DNA of 64,000 nucleotides from Meyerozyma guilliermondii (Eukaryota): NCBI GenBank assembly GCA_051546255.1, contig CP128817.1, positions 682,001 to 746,000 of the forward strand, read 5' to 3'. Shown piece by piece: positions 38,892 to 49,200 of this stretch (position 1 is its first letter; each line of letters starts with the position of its first letter). The notes under the pieces were generated by a model. It saw only the letters and a program-made list of their open reading frames with translations, ran no database searches and was not told where the DNA came from. The position numbers and the translations under genes were made by a program.

Positions 38892-40754
38892 CTAGATCAC
38901 CTGGAAGGAACTGGGTCCCAAATTGAATACGTAATTCGAAGACATGTTGGTTTGTGAAAGTGAGGTGTCGTAGTTGGACTGCGTGAGGTACCGGATCCAC
39001 GGGAAACAGGTATATTTCATTTGCTCTTCTTCCACTTTGACGTAGGTGATTTTTAGACCCAGATAGGAAAGCATGGGAATAGTAAATTTGACATTGATAT
39101 CGCTGTAGTTGTGTGTTTTTTTAGAGAGCTCGTGAAGTTTTGGAGCTAAGGACGAGGAGGCACCGTTGACTCCATAAAATTGGTCTAGTGAGTCAATACC
39201 GGCGTCGTCTTCTTGTGGTTGTGGTCGGTTCTTGAACTGGGTATTTTCCCGCCTGATATACGAGAAAAGCTCCTTGGTTTCAAGACATGAATCTAAGTTC
39301 AATTGTGCCATCATTTTGACCGAAGACTGCGAACCAACTAAACTTTCGATGTTCCACAAGAGCAGCGACGAGTCAATCTTGTAACTCACGTCACCCAGCT
39401 GTGCCTTATACTTAAAGTCCGGATTGCTTGCCAGTGGGGAAAATATATGAGGATCAATAGGGAGCACAATCTGAATGTTGTTGGCACGAAGCCGTTTTTT
39501 GAAATGGGTCGAGAGCTCACACATGACCTGGACTGTTTTCTCAGCTGTGTTCACAACGTAAGTAGGTTTTAACATGATTAGTGGAAGTTTACGGCGCTGT
39601 TTCTGCTGCTCGACTCGATAAGACATTAGCGTGAACTTGTGGTCGGCAGGAATAAACTTGATAAGGTTGTTGCGGTAGACAGTGCTCAAGTCGACACACT
39701 GGTGGAATTGAACGTTGGAAATTGGTACATGTGTGTGTTCTTTTGCACTACTTTGGTCTTCTTCAGCGTCCTCTACTTCCACACTTGTCAATTGGTTACC
39801 TTCCAAATCAAAGTCATCACTGGATGCAATTCCTGAAATTTTTGTTTCATTGAACCCCAAGTTACACAACGGCATTCCCGACAAGTAGCACTTGACATCA
39901 CATACGCCTCGGATCTCGTTACGCTTGATAAACTGGCTTTCAAGATCATAGGCAAACTCACAGCTTTCAATCATGTCTATAAATATTTCGTTTTTGGCAT
40001 AAAAGATTCCTTTGGGTCTCCAACTAATGCTCAGTGCTGATGACCGGAGAATGGAACTGTTGATATAAGTTGATTCCGGCGATATCACATCCGTCTTCAC
40101 AGCTTGATTGTGGGTAGATTTGACATTTTTATGCTCTTTAATTGTCTTTTTGTGCTTGTTCTTGTTCTTCTTCTTTTTCGTGGTTTCTTCGTCCGAGCTT
40201 GAGTCAGAAGACGAGTCTGCATCTATAGACTCCACACCCACTAGCTTGGGACGATTAGCTTCGACCTTTATATACTCCTTTAAAATGTTATAGTCAGTCA
40301 ATTGGACAATTCCGTAGTCCATGCACTCATCAAAGAGCTCATACACCAAGTTGAAGTTATCGATAATTGTGTCCTTGTGCAACTTTTGGAGCCTTGGCTT
40401 GTTGGCTTCAGAAGCAGATTCACCTCCCGTATTTGAATCACATAAATAATGGCATAGTGTTCCATAAAATTGATGGAGGAATAAGACAGCCAGCATGGCA
40501 TCGATGTTTTTTCGACTCACGACTACCACGAAAATGCCATTGTCTCCTGGAATATATGCAAAGTTGATACCGTCAACACTGATAAACGGCGTTCGTTCGT
40601 ATTCCTCTTGTAACTTGTACACCAGGTCGAATTTACCGAAGAGGACTTGCGGATGGGGAAGGTCATTGTGGTACTGTCGATACAAAAGAACCTCGCTGTG
40701 GGCATATAGGCTTTCTGCTTCGGCCCAGTGGACTAGAAAGAGGCCAGATATCAT
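38892..40754 (-). CDS. APM2: AP-1-type adaptor medium chain, Apm2-like
   Basis: IIDNFNLVYELFDECMDYG, ISWRPKGIFYAKNEIF, YLSGMP, FHQCV, FIPADHKFTLMSY, FPWIRY; long insertions typical of Apm2; ATG 40754. Confidence 0.88.
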   Translation of the reverse strand: MISGLFLVHWAEAESLYAHSEVLLYRQYHNDLPHPQVLFGKFDLVYKLQEEYERTPFISVDGINFAYIPGDNGIFVVVVSRKNIDAMLAVLFLHQFYGTLCHYLCDSNTGGESASEANKPRLQKLHKDTIIDNFNLVYELFDECMDYGIVQLTDYNILKEYIKVEANRPKLVGVESIDADSSSDSSSDEETTKKKKNKNKHKKTIKEHKNVKSTHNQAVKTDVISPESTYINSSILRSSALSISWRPKGIFYAKNEIFIDMIESCEFAYDLESQFIKRNEIRGVCDVKCYLSGMPLCNLGFNETKISGIASSDDFDLEGNQLTSVEVEDAEEDQSSAKEHTHVPISNVQFHQCVDLSTVYRNNLIKFIPADHKFTLMSYRVEQQKQRRKLPLIMLKPTYVVNTAEKTVQVMCELSTHFKKRLRANNIQIVLPIDPHIFSPLASNPDFKYKAQLGDVSYKIDSSLLLWNIESLVGSQSSVKMMAQLNLDSCLETKELFSYIRRENTQFKNRPQPQEDDAGIDSLDQFYGVNGASSSLAPKLHELSKKTHNYSDINVKFTIPMLSYLGLKITYVKVEEEQMKYTCFPWIRYLTQSNYDTSLSQTNMSSNYVFNLGPSSFQVI

Positions 40755-40871
40755 ATAGGCGTGCTCCAAGCCAACTTTGCTGGGGTACTAGCTTCTCTTA
40801 TATATCAGTTGATTTAATTTAATTCGCGCCAAATCGCGACAAAACTTCAACACTTGATTGTCGTTTGCACC

Positions 40872-41348
40872 ATGTTAAGACGCTTTCAGAGGTGCTTGAG
40901 CACAGTTTCCGATATACAGAAGGAAGTACAAGCACTTAATATTGGCTTGGACAAATATAGATGGTCAGTTTCTGACTCGGAAACCGATAAAGATGCTCTA
41001 GTATTTGACTGCAAGTTCAAGAACTTTTCCAAAACTTGGAAATTTCTAAACGAAGTTGCCATTCTCGCTCACACAATGAAACATCACCCTACTATTACTA
41101 CTACCTATAACAAGGTTCATCTATCGCTTGTGACTCATGACGCAGGGAACAAAATCACATACAAAGATGTAAAGTTGGCCCTGGCGATTACCGAGAAATA
41201 TATGGAAGAAGTAAGGGAAGTTCAAGAGTCAACAACGAAACAAGTAGAAGACTTACTAAAGACGTCCAGAAAACAATTTTCGTTCACCAATGCTGATAAA
41301 ATGATCGATGAGCTCCTTTCTTTGAAAAATGGAAAGGCCAAGAACTGA
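40872..41348 (+). CDS. MCO14: Mitochondrial pterin-4a-carbinolamine dehydratase-like protein
   Basis: FKNFSKTWKFLNEVA...HHPTITTTYNKV...THD motif; divergent from APM2 as for S. cerevisiae YHL018W/YHL019C; ATG 40872. Confidence 0.85.
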   Translation: MLRRFQRCLSTVSDIQKEVQALNIGLDKYRWSVSDSETDKDALVFDCKFKNFSKTWKFLNEVAILAHTMKHHPTITTTYNKVHLSLVTHDAGNKITYKDVKLALAITEKYMEEVREVQESTTKQVEDLLKTSRKQFSFTNADKMIDELLSLKNGKAKN

Positions 41349-41540
41349 GCACATTTACGACAGAACAGAACAAACACCACCAAAAACCAAAAAAACCAAA
41401 AACTCATGGTCTACAGCATATCACTGAACCATTCTGAACAATATAATGCCCATTACTTTATGAGCATGAACTAATTTCCGCATACCAATTTCTGTCGTGA
41501 GGTACTTGGAATCTCTGTGAATTACGACAATTTTCAAGTC

Positions 41541-42275
41541 ATGAACTTATTCATCCTATTTCTCTTCGCGTACGTGAACTGCCTACTGATCTTACCGTAT
41601 GCCCAGACCATTGGACATGGTTCATTGTACAATACTTTATCTGACATTGGTGACAAGATTCCTGTGATTCAATCAATTAGTGACTTGACTCCTAGCAAAT
41701 TGCAAAGATACAGTATTTTGAAAGTCAACGATACCAATTCAATAATTCTAAACGAATTCTTGGCTCAAAAACTTGACTATCCCGATTCAAGTACAACTAT
41801 TTCATCCGAAACTCCACGGTTTGTTGAAATCATGTATAACGACTCATACGTTATCCAAGAAGACGGTCAATGGACCCCTTTAGGTCCTTGTCACTCAAAC
41901 GCTCGTTCTGATACCAAGGCAGAGGTTTTCAGAAGCTGGACTGCCACTGGTGGAGGCTCGGTTCTGGCTTCTGTTTCGATATCGCAGGTCTTCGGTTTCC
42001 ATCCAGAATATCTGATATCCAGCAATTGGGGCTCCAGTATTTCGGGTACCGTTAGTTGTGTGGTGGGGCCTCGGGAAAAGCTTCAGTTTATGCTTTACAT
42101 GAACTCGCTTTTGATTCATGGTGTCAAACGGAGAATTATCAACTTGCCTTCAAAATACTGGTTGCTGCGGTCGCTCTCGTTTGGTGAATGGGAAGACGTA
42201 GCAACTATGACAAAACTCAAAAAGATGGTCAAAACAGCATGTATAACCGATCCCAAGTATTTACAATGCAATTAA
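41541..42275 (+). CDS. Hypothetical secreted protein (244 aa), Cys-containing, Ser/Thr-rich beta region
   Basis: MNLFILFLFAYVNC signal peptide, N-glycosylation sequons, four Cys in the mature C-terminal half; no recognised family. Confidence 0.7.
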   Translation: MNLFILFLFAYVNCLLILPYAQTIGHGSLYNTLSDIGDKIPVIQSISDLTPSKLQRYSILKVNDTNSIILNEFLAQKLDYPDSSTTISSETPRFVEIMYNDSYVIQEDGQWTPLGPCHSNARSDTKAEVFRSWTATGGGSVLASVSISQVFGFHPEYLISSNWGSSISGTVSCVVGPREKLQFMLYMNSLLIHGVKRRIINLPSKYWLLRSLSFGEWEDVATMTKLKKMVKTACITDPKYLQCN

Positions 42276-42284
42276 ATGTATAGA

Positions 42285-45200
42285 CTATGCGACGTAATCG
42301 ATTTTCAGTGCTTTACAGTAAGCATCTCTGACCTCTATCGCTTCGTATGTTCCCTCCAACGAAGCCATCAAGACATATTCATGGTCCCAAATATTATCTA
42401 TGGTTTCCTTCTCAACCACGCGAGGTTTATGCTGCTTCCGTGGACCTTTGTCCTTCGAATTTTCTTCAAGCATACGCACATACGTTAGCGAAAATGGTGG
42501 GACCCCTGTGAACGAAAACTTGATTTCAGTCTTGTCCCCCTCATGGATGTTCCGCACAATATACTCCCCTTGATTAACTTCAACCGAAGGAAGATCATGG
42601 ATCTCAGCCTGTAGACTATTCATCGAGGATGCCGCATCAGTAAAATTCACCAAACAGTGGTCAATAGATGAATCAAGCAAGGCTGTAATTGTTAAATTAC
42701 CTGGTTTAGAAGCTAGCCTTGAGAACTTGTTATGCAGTTGGGCTTTTCGGGAGTTTCCATTAAAGTTGTAGAACACAGTGAATGGTGATATACCAACAAG
42801 ATCGTAAGTTATATGGTCGCCCACGCAGTAATACTTTTGGTTGGGTTCTCTCTTCATTTTTGGCACTTCTGTCACCAGAACCACTACGTTGGCGTCCTGT
42901 ATTTGTTTAGAGCACCCATTATTATCAGTAATTCTGTCAAACAGAAGGAAGTAATCACCTACCTGTAAAGTTTGGTCCAAGGCTTTGCCATTAATTGAGG
43001 ATATAATATCGTTCAAGTCGACTTCCGAAGTTGTGAGATGCTTCACTTGGAATTTCTCTTGTTCATTAGCGTCTCCCCTTTGTAGAGTAACGTCTAGTGT
43101 AACTGGGAACTGTCCCTTGAGATTCAATTGTATCTTTGGAGGCAGTTTAGAGATCTTCTTGAGAGTAGATTCGCAGAATTGTAGATACTCCGATCCACTT
43201 TTGATTGCAAGTTCAGGGAGCGACTGCACCTCATATTGAAGCTGAGAAGTCAAAGGAGGAACATTTAACCTTGAGGTCTTTTCTTGCGTGTACAAGCTGT
43301 CATACACCGACAAGAACTTGTGACGATAAATGCCATGATTCTCGGTTGGCAAGGTAATAGTAACACGGTCATTATTGACTGTCATTGTCCTACTTTCCAC
43401 CCTGCCTGAAGGATCCTTGATCTGATAGTTGACAATAAAAGGTCTTTTTCCGTTCAAAAACATTTCAACTTTCTTAGTACCTCCGCGACACACGGGCCCA
43501 AGTTGACCTTCAAAGTCGTCATTTTTTAAGTCTCCTCTATCAATTGCCCCTAGCACAATTGACGGACGAGGAATGTAATCAACGGTAATTACCTTTTGTG
43601 GGTTTGCTACTTTTCCTTCGCATCCCCCGCTAGAGTATGAAAGTAGCTTATAGCGACCCGCTTCTTTGATCCTCAAGTTTTCAATCCCAATAGCTGTACG
43701 CACCTTGGTATCTGAACTATTATTCAAATCAGTGATGGAATAAACCAAGCGATCCCGTTGCGTATTTCCCACTGACGATTGGACGTTCAAAGGAAGCTTT
43801 AACGAGTCCCCTTCCACAATAGAAACGCTCCAACTGTCAGCCTCTATACCAAGGGAAATTTCTGGGATGTCCTTCCGAACGTTCACAGTACGGTAATTCT
43901 GTCCAACGAGATTTGCCTCACAGCCCAAGGAGTCTGTAAGCTTATCGATTTGTACGCGATACGATCCACCTTTATCAAACTTTGGGGTTTGAATAATAAA
44001 TCTTGAGTCGGAAAGATCCTTTACCGTGCTACTCTCGATCACTTTCCCGGAACTCATCTCAATAACCTTATATGACATCAGAAACGGAAAGTTTCCAGAC
44101 ATGGAAATGGGAACGTCTACTTGGGATCCTAAGCAGATTGGTAACGCATTGGAATCATCAGCGGCTTCAATCGACAGACGGGATCTTTGCCTGAAGTAAG
44201 TCAGGTACGTGTGAACTTTCTCGTCAAGAGGTATACCCGTCTTTTGGTAGTATCCATCCCGAAGAGATTTGAAAACGACAATATAATTTCCCTCGCCCGG
44301 AGGTTTATATTCAAAGTCGTAAGTTTCGTCTTGGAAGCGCAACGTACGGTGCACGTTTCCATAAGCATCGTGCACGGGTCTTAGAACACCGTTAGACTTA
44401 TTTTGAAAGACTTGATACTGAACCTGAAATGGTGGTTGACCCTTTGCATCAAATTTGAAGTTGTAGCCAGTCATTCCGACACATTTATCAACGATTGGTT
44501 CAGAAGTTATCTCGATTTGAGGTGGGTCTGCCCGGTCAATTTTAATGGTTCGACCATCCAACTTACAATCGCAAAATTTGGTGGATGCAGAAACTAGTCT
44601 GTAACTGCCGGACTTGGCAACTTCAAATCCTTTTGAGGCTTCGTGCACACTGTGGAAGACACGGCTGAAATTATAAGAAGATAATTTGGAAGGTGACAGA
44701 TATTCGATCATAATTGTGATGGGCCAGTCTGCCTCTTGAATACGTGAGCGGTCAACACTGATCGCCACATTTTTGGTTCCGTTGACAAGAAGCTTACTTT
44801 CCCGGTTTCTATCAGATAATTTAACGACTGGTTTTGTTTTGAGGTCAATGCTTCCTAGTAAATCTCGAGCATTTGAGTGAGGATTATATTTTCTGTTCAC
44901 ATTCAACGCATCACGAACCAGCAAGATCCTGAATTCGAGTGGACCATTGGCAACTTCTGGAAGATCAATATTATCGCTCAAGCTCTCTAGGAATATATTT
45001 TTCACCGAGCGGGCCAGGCGAAGATTTATTTGTCCATTTTCAGGAGGCTTACCGTTGATAGTGACTTTCCTCAGCTTAATGATCTTCTTTCCGATGGAGA
45101 CCGCGAACTCAAGCTCCATGGGATATACACCATTAACTTCAACTTGAGGAAGAGTGAGAGATCCAAGTTTACTTCGGTTTGGCTCTGGAACACAAATGTA

Positions 45201-46148
45201 CTGGGAATCATCAACGGAAGAGATCACCCGAGCTGAAGGACAAGACGAGATGGTTAAATCTGATTTGTATGTGCGAATTTTCAGGCCATCGACGTCTCGA
45301 ACTTCTTTGATGCTATATTGTCCCGGATCTCTGAGTGGTAATTCGAGGTAAAAGATTCTCTCATCATTTGAGATGTATCCGGGATTATGAATCAAGTGAG
45401 AGTAATCACGCTTAAGGAGCTTCGCTATGTCGGTTCGAGTGTAGTTGAATAAGCTGACTTCTTTCTCAGGGGAAATATGCTGCAATTGAAGCCATCCAAG
45501 TTCGTTTGTGGTATTGAATTGTACGGGAACCCCAATTGCAGAGCCATCAATGAGGCAGAAATCTTTATTTTCAAAGGGATTGAAGAAGGCCGTAGAGTCA
45601 GGAACGTAGTGAATTGTGTAACGGCCCTTGAAATAGGAGTCGATATCAATGGCAGTTCCAGAGCGCACCAGGTCGCCAGCCAACGTGAGCTCACTTTTTT
45701 GACGTATAAAGTCAATAGCAGGAAATATGAGGCCACCCACTATTGGAATTGTGCTGTCGCTGACGAGAAAGAACGTAAGAATGTTGAGAACAGCTGTGAT
45801 AATAAATGTTGTAACTGGATTGAAGGACAATTGTGAAACATTGAATAAGGGAAGCGTCCAGAAAAAAATTCCTTCAAGTAAAAAGTATTTGACCACAAAG
45901 GTGAACTTGTTTAGAGACGTGATATTCACGCCTATTTTTGATGATTTCAATGCAATTGCGTCGTAAATTTTCCAGCTTTCGAGCAACACAAATAACGACA
46001 AGAAAAATAGTCGTTTTGAAGCTGGATCCACCACTTGGTATGAGTCATGGGAGGTTCTAGTATGTTTGCGGTGTGGCTTCAAAGTCGCTGGAGTACTCTT
46101 TGAGTCGTAGTCACCAGCATATCGACCCTGGTGTGAATAATTTGACAT
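42285..46148 (-). CDS. POM152: Nuclear pore membrane glycoprotein Pom152
   Basis: N-terminal TM region (KRLFFLSLFVLLESWKIYD), FKGRYTIH, repeated Cys-containing Ig-like units (G.PPF.V.Y), C-terminal LEGTYEAIEVRDAYC. Confidence 0.93.
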   Translation of the reverse strand: MSNYSHQGRYAGDYDSKSTPATLKPHRKHTRTSHDSYQVVDPASKRLFFLSLFVLLESWKIYDAIALKSSKIGVNITSLNKFTFVVKYFLLEGIFFWTLPLFNVSQLSFNPVTTFIITAVLNILTFFLVSDSTIPIVGGLIFPAIDFIRQKSELTLAGDLVRSGTAIDIDSYFKGRYTIHYVPDSTAFFNPFENKDFCLIDGSAIGVPVQFNTTNELGWLQLQHISPEKEVSLFNYTRTDIAKLLKRDYSHLIHNPGYISNDERIFYLELPLRDPGQYSIKEVRDVDGLKIRTYKSDLTISSCPSARVISSVDDSQYICVPEPNRSKLGSLTLPQVEVNGVYPMELEFAVSIGKKIIKLRKVTINGKPPENGQINLRLARSVKNIFLESLSDNIDLPEVANGPLEFRILLVRDALNVNRKYNPHSNARDLLGSIDLKTKPVVKLSDRNRESKLLVNGTKNVAISVDRSRIQEADWPITIMIEYLSPSKLSSYNFSRVFHSVHEASKGFEVAKSGSYRLVSASTKFCDCKLDGRTIKIDRADPPQIEITSEPIVDKCVGMTGYNFKFDAKGQPPFQVQYQVFQNKSNGVLRPVHDAYGNVHRTLRFQDETYDFEYKPPGEGNYIVVFKSLRDGYYQKTGIPLDEKVHTYLTYFRQRSRLSIEAADDSNALPICLGSQVDVPISMSGNFPFLMSYKVIEMSSGKVIESSTVKDLSDSRFIIQTPKFDKGGSYRVQIDKLTDSLGCEANLVGQNYRTVNVRKDIPEISLGIEADSWSVSIVEGDSLKLPLNVQSSVGNTQRDRLVYSITDLNNSSDTKVRTAIGIENLRIKEAGRYKLLSYSSGGCEGKVANPQKVITVDYIPRPSIVLGAIDRGDLKNDDFEGQLGPVCRGGTKKVEMFLNGKRPFIVNYQIKDPSGRVESRTMTVNNDRVTITLPTENHGIYRHKFLSVYDSLYTQEKTSRLNVPPLTSQLQYEVQSLPELAIKSGSEYLQFCESTLKKISKLPPKIQLNLKGQFPVTLDVTLQRGDANEQEKFQVKHLTTSEVDLNDIISSINGKALDQTLQVGDYFLLFDRITDNNGCSKQIQDANVVVLVTEVPKMKREPNQKYYCVGDHITYDLVGISPFTVFYNFNGNSRKAQLHNKFSRLASKPGNLTITALLDSSIDHCLVNFTDAASSMNSLQAEIHDLPSVEVNQGEYIVRNIHEGDKTEIKFSFTGVPPFSLTYVRMLEENSKDKGPRKQHKPRVVEKETIDNIWDHEYVLMASLEGTYEAIEVRDAYCKALKIDYVA

Positions 46149-46234
46149 CAGTATTTATCTCATCGAAATCAAAACATTTACGACTGCGAAATCGCAATCT
46201 GCAGTCCAAACTGCAATTTATAGTATTGTGCTAT

Positions 46235-49200
46235 TTAGTGCTCAATGACCCACGCCCCGTTCTTCTTCACCTGAATCACCTTGATGACTGGAAGGTCCCA
46301 GCCTATACCGCTTTCTCCCATAGCGGCTCCAAACCTGGGTACAACGTAACATTCTCGTTTTGTAGAGGTGATATTTTTAGGAGCATATGGGTGCCCCAAA
46401 GGCTTTGAATATGTGATCAATGGAGTATTTTTGGCCAAATTGGCGAGCTGTTTGGGCGTTATATCCACAAGTGGCTTCATTCTTAGCTTTTGAAGCTTGC
46501 CTTCAATTTTGTTCTGACTCAAGTTTAAGCTCTGGTATACCAAGTATGGAGGTGGAAATTTTCCAGTGGAAGTTAAGACTGAATTTGGGTGGATGAAAAC
46601 TCCTTTTTCCAACTCATCGCCGTATTTGGCTGTGGGAAACACGGTGGAGTAGGGAACATTGATGACATTCATTTTGTTCGTGAGCTTGACATCGGAATCT
46701 GCGAGATCGCCTCGAATGGATATTTGATCCAAAAACCCCGAGGCTATCATTTGCTTAATTGCTGCAATCTGAGTCTTTGATGGAACTGGGAGTTTTTCAC
46801 CTTTTGTGACAACTTGCTCAGCAATAGAATCCTTTCTCGTTTTTGACTTGACAATGTGGTACACTTGGTACCGTAACTTTTCAATTTCTTCCATTACTTT
46901 CTGTCTCAAGTAGCTGGTTTCAAAGAAAGCTTTGCGTTTTTCTGGCTTAATGTGGTCCATGGCACAAACAGCAGAGAGTAGCATGAGTGCATCACTAGCT
47001 GGGTCAAGTTGAGTGAATTGGGCTCTTGACTTGCGGAATTTGCTGAGTGTGCTCTCATTTGGATTCTCGTCATTATGAACTTCATGCTGGCCAATGAATG
47101 GATCACCAACAGATAAAGCAGAAACCAATGCAACAATGTACGGCAAACATCCTGCTTGATCCCCAATAAGAAGGATTTTGGCAAACCTAGGACTCAAAGG
47201 AAATATAGACATGGACTTTCCTGTTGGTGTGACAGCCTTAGTTTCACGATCAAGAGCTCCAAGAATCACCAAGAGCCTCTCAGCAGCCTTCAATGCAACA
47301 CGATCTGGAGGGGTTGGAAATGGAAAGTTAACGATTTTATCAATTCCCATGCTTTTCATATTCAAAACCACACTTTCCACTGGCATACGCAAGATTTCAG
47401 GCTTGCTAAATTGCAGGAAAAAATCTTCATAAACTGCTGAAGAATAAAGCCTGTAACAATGACCCGGACCGGTTCTTCCAGCACGACCAGCTCTTTGATC
47501 CGCCGAAGCTTTGGATATCCAGTCAACCTCGAAAGATTGAACCCCGGTTTCGTCGTTGAATTTTCTTTCCTTTGACCGTCCAGAGTCTATAACGTACCGA
47601 ATACCGGGAATAGTCAACGACGTTTCAGCAACGTTAGTCGCTACAATGCACATTCGTGCTCCTGCTGGAGGGTCTTGAAATACCTTCATTTGCTCCGAGG
47701 TAGGAAGCAAAGAGTAGAGAGGAAGCACATACAATGGGTCGTTATCGGTTTGATGTGCCTCCCTCTCTTCGTCAAAACCTTCTTCTTCGGAGTCTGAGTT
47801 GTAGTCGTCTTCAATTTCTTCGACTCCTTTCTCATTTAAGCCAACAGAAAAGTCTATTTCTTCTGCTTCAGCGTCTGCGTCTTTGCTCAATCGAATCTTG
47901 GGTATACTTTTGTATGAGGCATTTTTGAGCGGGAATTCTTCTCTTAACCGTTTCACCGTTTGCGTGATTTCAGCTTGACTTGTCAAAAAAATCAATATTC
48001 CACCGGGCGGAAGCTTTCGGTGTATTTTACATGCTTTGTTGAAAGCATCGTCGAGATACTCGAACGGTGTTTTCTTGTTGAAATGAACGCTGACTGGATA
48101 TTGTCTGGCGTCAACCTTGATGATTGGAGGAGGAGACTTGAACAAAACGGTATTTTCAGAAAAGTCAGATACTCGAAGTGTTGCAGACATAATTATCAAC
48201 TTTAGAGGTGAGTATTTTTTGGGGTCCTTTTGATGATATTGACGTCTCAACTTTAATAATCGACTTAGAAGCCCAATCAAGATATCGGTATTGATGTTTC
48301 TTTCGTGGGCTTCGTCGACAATGATAGCAGAGTATTTGGTGAGCATAAAATCAGCCATGATCTCCCTCAATAAAACACCATCGGTCATGAACTTGACTGC
48401 TGTTCCATTGGGCTCACCTTCGTTGGAAATTGTGGAATCAAACCTAATTTGATAGCCTACTCGGTGGCCGTGATTTCCAAGTTCTTGACCCAACCGATTG
48501 GCCATAGACACAGCTGCAACTCTTCGAGGCTGGGTGATTCCAATCATTCCTTTATGTTGAGACTGAGAATTTCCGTAGCCTGCTTCATAGAGAAACTGTG
48601 GTACTTGAGTGGTTTTACCTGAACCAGTTTCTCCACAAATTACTATGCAATCGTGATGGTTAATGGCTTCCATAATGCGATGCTCTTCGTTGAATACTGG
48701 AAGCTGCATTCTCAGTTGCTGGATACTGTCAGGTCTGTCAACTGTGACAAAGAAGGCATCTCGTTGAAGGTTCTTGTTAATTGGAATGTACCCTTCTTCG
48801 TCAGAAGAATGGTCTATATCTTCTTCTCGCACTTGTGGTTTTGAGTATTCCTGCTTGACTTTTTCGGATACTCGAGGAAGAAGAGGAACAGACTCTCTGC
48901 CTTCAAGCTTTTTTACCTGTTCCTCAGCCCACTCCTTAAAAGACTCGGCAACTTTGGAGTGCTTTGGTTTGTTTTGTATCAATCTGGGCATGTCTTCAGA
49001 GTCTCCAGAAACCTCAGAGGCGGATTCTGATTCTGAATTTTCCTCCTCTTTTTCAGAGCTTGAATTATTTTCATTTTCGGGGTCAGAATCATTTTCAACT
49101 TCATCTTCTGGTTCCTCTTCAGCTTCTTCATCTTCTTCAGAACTTTCCTCAGAATCCTCTGCTTGACTTTGTGAATCGTCACTTTCGCTGGTGGAAACGA

